Assembly: GCA_018401875.1 (NCBI GenBank)
Contig: JAGYJZ010000008.1
Location: 67,090-131,089 of the forward strand
Direction of reading: 5' to 3'
From: Salibacteraceae bacterium
Lineage (GTDB): Bacteria; Bacteroidota; Bacteroidia; Flavobacteriales_G; Salibacteraceae
DNA: 64,000 bases
The notes beneath the pieces are model-generated. The model saw nothing but the letters and a program-made list of their open reading frames with translations, had not been told where the DNA came from and made no database searches. Of this stretch, positions 61,322 through 64,000 are shown piece after piece; within the stretch, counting starts at the first letter, position 1; each line of letters begins with the position of its first letter. A program made the translations under genes and the position numbers.

Positions 61322-62555
61322 GCTTTCTGAATGTACTCGAATCAAACCGCGACTTGGCGTAGTCTAAGGTTATTTTAAACTCCTCTGGTTTTTCTTCCAG
61401 TGAAGGCATTTCATACATGGCATCCATCATGATGGCCTCACAAATAGACCGTAATCCGCGCGCTCCCAACTTATACTCCATGGCCTTTTCTACAATGAAG
61501 TCAAGCACTTCTTTATCGATACTCAGCTTGATATTTTCCATTTCAAACAAACGCATGTACTGTTTTATAAGTGCATTTTTCGGTTCGGTTAAAATTCTTC
61601 GCAACGCAGGCGGATCAAGCGGGTTGAGGAAACCAATCAAAGGCAAACGACCAATGAGTTCAGGAATTAAGCCATAGTCGCGAAGGTCTGAAGGCGAAAC
61701 ATACTGCAGTAAGTTTTCTTTCTCTACCTCGCCATTATCCGTTTTACTTCTGTAGCCAATGGCCGCGGTATTCAACCTGCGAGAGATCAATCGATCAATC
61801 CCATCAAACGCACCACCGCAAATAAAGAGAATGTTTTTAGTGTTCACTTGAACCAACTTTTGCTCGGGGTGCTTGCGCCCGCCTTGCGGTGGAACTCCCA
61901 CCACAGAACCTTCGAGCAATTTTAATAAGCCTTGCTGAACTCCCTCACCACTTACATCACGTGTAATAGACGGGTTGTCGCTCTTTCTGCTGATCTTGTC
62001 AATTTCGTCAATGAACACAATACCGCGTTCAGCTGCCTCCACGTTGTATTCGGCTGCTTGTAGAAGACGGCTCAGAATACTCTCCACATCTTCACCTACA
62101 TAGCCCGCTTCGGTCAGCACTGTGGCGTCTGCAATACAAAAAGGAACGTTCAGAATTTTTGCAATCGTTTTTGCCAATAATGTTTTTCCCGTTCCCGTTT
62201 GACCTACCAAGATCATGTTACTTTTCTCGATACTCACGTCATCATCACTGTCTTCCTTCTGAGAAATTCGCTTATAATGATTATATACTGCAACGGCTAA
62301 ATTTCGTTTTGCCTCATTCTGGCCGATCACAAACTCATCGAGGTGAGCGCTGATGTCAGCTGGTTTAAGAAGATTCACATTACCTAGCACAGAATCGCGC
62401 AATCGCGTACTCATTTCTTCATCCACAATCCGCGAGGCTTGTTGGATGCAACGATCGCAAATATGACCTGTAATTCCTGCGATCATAACAGCGGTTTCAC
62501 GCTTATCACGACCACAAAAACTGCATTTTATTTGTTCCTCTGTGCTTTTAGCCAT
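61308..62555 (-). CDS. clpX: ATP-dependent Clp protease ATP-binding subunit ClpX
   Basis: It has the zinc-finger CSFCGR...HICDRC, Walker A GQTGTGKT and the IGF-like loop region. Confidence 0.95.
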   Translation of the reverse strand: MAKSTEEQIKCSFCGRDKRETAVMIAGITGHICDRCIQQASRIVDEEMSTRLRDSVLGNVNLLKPADISAHLDEFVIGQNEAKRNLAVAVYNHYKRISQKEDSDDDVSIEKSNMILVGQTGTGKTLLAKTIAKILNVPFCIADATVLTEAGYVGEDVESILSRLLQAAEYNVEAAERGIVFIDEIDKISRKSDNPSITRDVSGEGVQQGLLKLLEGSVVGVPPQGGRKHPEQKLVQVNTKNILFICGGAFDGIDRLISRRLNTAAIGYRSKTDNGEVEKENLLQYVSPSDLRDYGLIPELIGRLPLIGFLNPLDPPALRRILTEPKNALIKQYMRLFEMENIKLSIDKEVLDFIVEKAMEYKLGARGLRSICEAIMMDAMYEMPSLEEKPEEFKITLDYAKSRFDSSTFRKLRAA

Positions 62556-62558
62556 GGC

Positions 62559-63239
62559 TTACTTTTTTCTAATCAATACTTCATCGATCATGCCGTAGTT
62601 CTTCGCTTCTTCAGATGTCATCCAAAAGTCGCGATCGCTATCTGCCCATACTTTGTCAATATCTTGACCAGAATGTTCTGCGATGATGTTGTACAGTTCG
62701 TCCTTTAGTTTTTTGATCTCTTTCGCTGTAATCTCGATATCTGAGGCTTGTCCTCCAACACCGCCCATGGGCTGATGAATCATCACCCGCGAATGCTTCA
62801 ATGCTGTGCGCTTTCCGTTTTGACCAGCACAAAGTATTACTGCACCCATGGAAGCCGCCATTCCGGTGCAAATGGTTGAAACGTCACATCCGATATACTG
62901 CATTGTATCATAAATTCCGAGACCTGCATACACCGATCCTCCGGGGCTATTGATATAAATCTGAATATCCTTGGCTGAATCGGCAGATTCTAAGAACAGC
63001 AGTTGTGCTTGAATGATGTTCGCGATAAAATCATCGATGGGCAAGCCCAAGAAGATGATTCGATCCATCATCAATCGAGAAAACACATCAACTTCTCTAA
63101 AGGGCATTGGGCGTTCCTCAATCACTGTGCGTGTCATTGACTCAGGCTTACTGGTCGCTTTCACGTAATCATCTACCGCCAAACCACTCATTCCCAAGTG
63201 GTTTACCGCATAATTTCTAAATTCTTTTCCGTTTGTCAT
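62559..63239 (-). CDS. clpP: ATP-dependent Clp protease proteolytic subunit
   Basis: Motifs typical of ClpP are present: GMAASMG (catalytic Ser), RVMIHQP (His) and RDFWM (Asp region). Confidence 0.95.
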   Translation of the reverse strand: MTNGKEFRNYAVNHLGMSGLAVDDYVKATSKPESMTRTVIEERPMPFREVDVFSRLMMDRIIFLGLPIDDFIANIIQAQLLFLESADSAKDIQIYINSPGGSVYAGLGIYDTMQYIGCDVSTICTGMAASMGAVILCAGQNGKRTALKHSRVMIHQPMGGVGGQASDIEITAKEIKKLKDELYNIIAEHSGQDIDKVWADSDRDFWMTSEEAKNYGMIDEVLIRKK

Positions 63240-63240
63240 T

Positions 63241-64000
63241 TTAGAATTTTAAAAGGTTTGAAACCTGATCCATAAATTTCCCTTTGCCAGTTTTGCTGGA
63301 GGCTAATTTAACGAATTCATCAAAGGTCACCTCTTTTTCCTGAAGCTTCACAGTATTCTTATAAAATTCGGTGATGCGTTCGTCTAAAAGTTGGTCGTAC
63401 ACTTTTCTTACTTCTTCTTCTTTCTGCAGGAAATTCTGCGCAAATTGGTCGAGCATACTGTCTTCTACTTCGCCTTGACCGAAGCTGGCAAACTGCGCCT
63501 TGATATTTGCCTTTACGCGGTCTTGAATATCGGTGAATTCGATCTTAATCTCATTCTGCTTTGCGATTTGCGACTCGATAAGCTGAACCCTAAGCATTCG
63601 GCTATAATCAGCGTATTCACGATCGATATCTTCCTGAGTAATTGGCTTTTCGGGGTTTTGAGCACCTTGTTCGAGCAACCATCGCTTGATGAATTCATCG
63701 GGTAAACTCAACTTTTGACGCTCGAGAAGCTTGTCGTGAATATCTCTTCTCAATTTTTTCTCACTATCGCCCTTGAGGTAATTTTCCAAGTCCAGGGCAA
63801 TTTTCGCTTTGAATTCTTCGGTTGTCTTTGCGCTACCCGGTCCTACCACTTTATCGAAAAGCGCTGCATTGAGCGGGTGCAATTCAATATTGCTAATCGA
63901 GTCAATGGTCAATTCATACTCTTTGGCAACGCTTTCTAATTCAGACACAGGCACGCCAAGCATTTGCGATAAATCCACATCACCTTTGGCCAATTTAGCA
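63241..64000 (-). CDS. tig: Trigger factor, N-terminal part lies beyond the window end
   Basis: The C-terminal domain sequence is followed by clpP-clpX, the classical tig-clpP-clpX synteny. The frame stays open to position 64000, so the track's Met at 63993 is internal. Confidence 0.85.
   Translation of the reverse strand, partial: AKLAKGDVDLSQMLGVPVSELESVAKEYELTIDSISNIELHPLNAALFDKVVGPGSAKTTEEFKAKIALDLENYLKGDSEKKLRRDIHDKLLERQKLSLPDEFIKRWLLEQGAQNPEKPITQEDIDREYADYSRMLRVQLIESQIAKQNEIKIEFTDIQDRVKANIKAQFASFGQGEVEDSMLDQFAQNFLQKEEEVRKVYDQLLDERITEFYKNTVKLQEKEVTFDEFVKLASSKTGKGKFMDQVSNLLKF

Overview
The window looks like a chromosomal segment from a Bacteroidota genome, probably Flavobacteriia-like. 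This is inferred from T9SS type A and type B C-terminal sorting domains, a CarboxypepD_reg-type TonB-dependent receptor paired with a DUF4249 lipoprotein, TAnnTTTG -7 promoter boxes and many lipoproteins. Most of it is densely packed housekeeping: a partial fadB-like gene with a MarR gene, purB, an MsbA-like ABC exporter, yidC, rnhB, rsgA-dtd, an H+/Na+-pyrophosphatase, PDH E1-beta, etfBA, thyA-folA, clpX-clpP and a partial tig. I saw no rRNA, tRNA, CRISPR array, transposase or integrase.

The non-core stretch is about 11.8-23.3 kb. It holds two things:
- A tandemly duplicated ~3.1 kb two-gene cassette. Each unit encodes a small secreted protein with 14 conserved cysteines, followed by a ~800-aa secreted protein ending in a gliding-motility/T9SS type-B C-terminal domain. 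I cannot assign this pairing to any described system, and it is my best candidate for something new. The two units show mosaic near-identity, and the second large gene has a scrambled 30-nt patch with a frameshift exactly in its sorting domain.
- Two paralogous T9SS type-A cargo genes bracketing a HigB/HigA-like toxin-antitoxin pair. This block sits inside what otherwise reads as a sulfide/persulfide-handling cluster (TauE, MBL persulfide-dioxygenase-rhodanese fusion, thioredoxin, rhodanese, Crp/Fnr, EI24/CysZ-like). Three of that cluster's promoters carry CRP/FNR-type TGTGA-N6-TCACA-like boxes.

Other points worth a second look:
- Two otherwise intact genes each carry a single in-frame stop codon: TAG in a thioredoxin and TAA in a lipoprotein that has an intact paralog in the window.
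- Two intergenic candidate RNA elements: a long hairpin plus terminator at 25.3-25.4 kb, and a duplicated 23-nt motif with two different terminators at 53.2-53.4 kb.
- A 34-50 aa Cys/Lys-rich ORF behind a perfect Bacteroidetes promoter box.
- An MBOAT/SGNH-like acyltransferase pair embedded in the rsgA-dtd-mazG operon.

All family assignments come from reading motifs in the translations. No database search was run.
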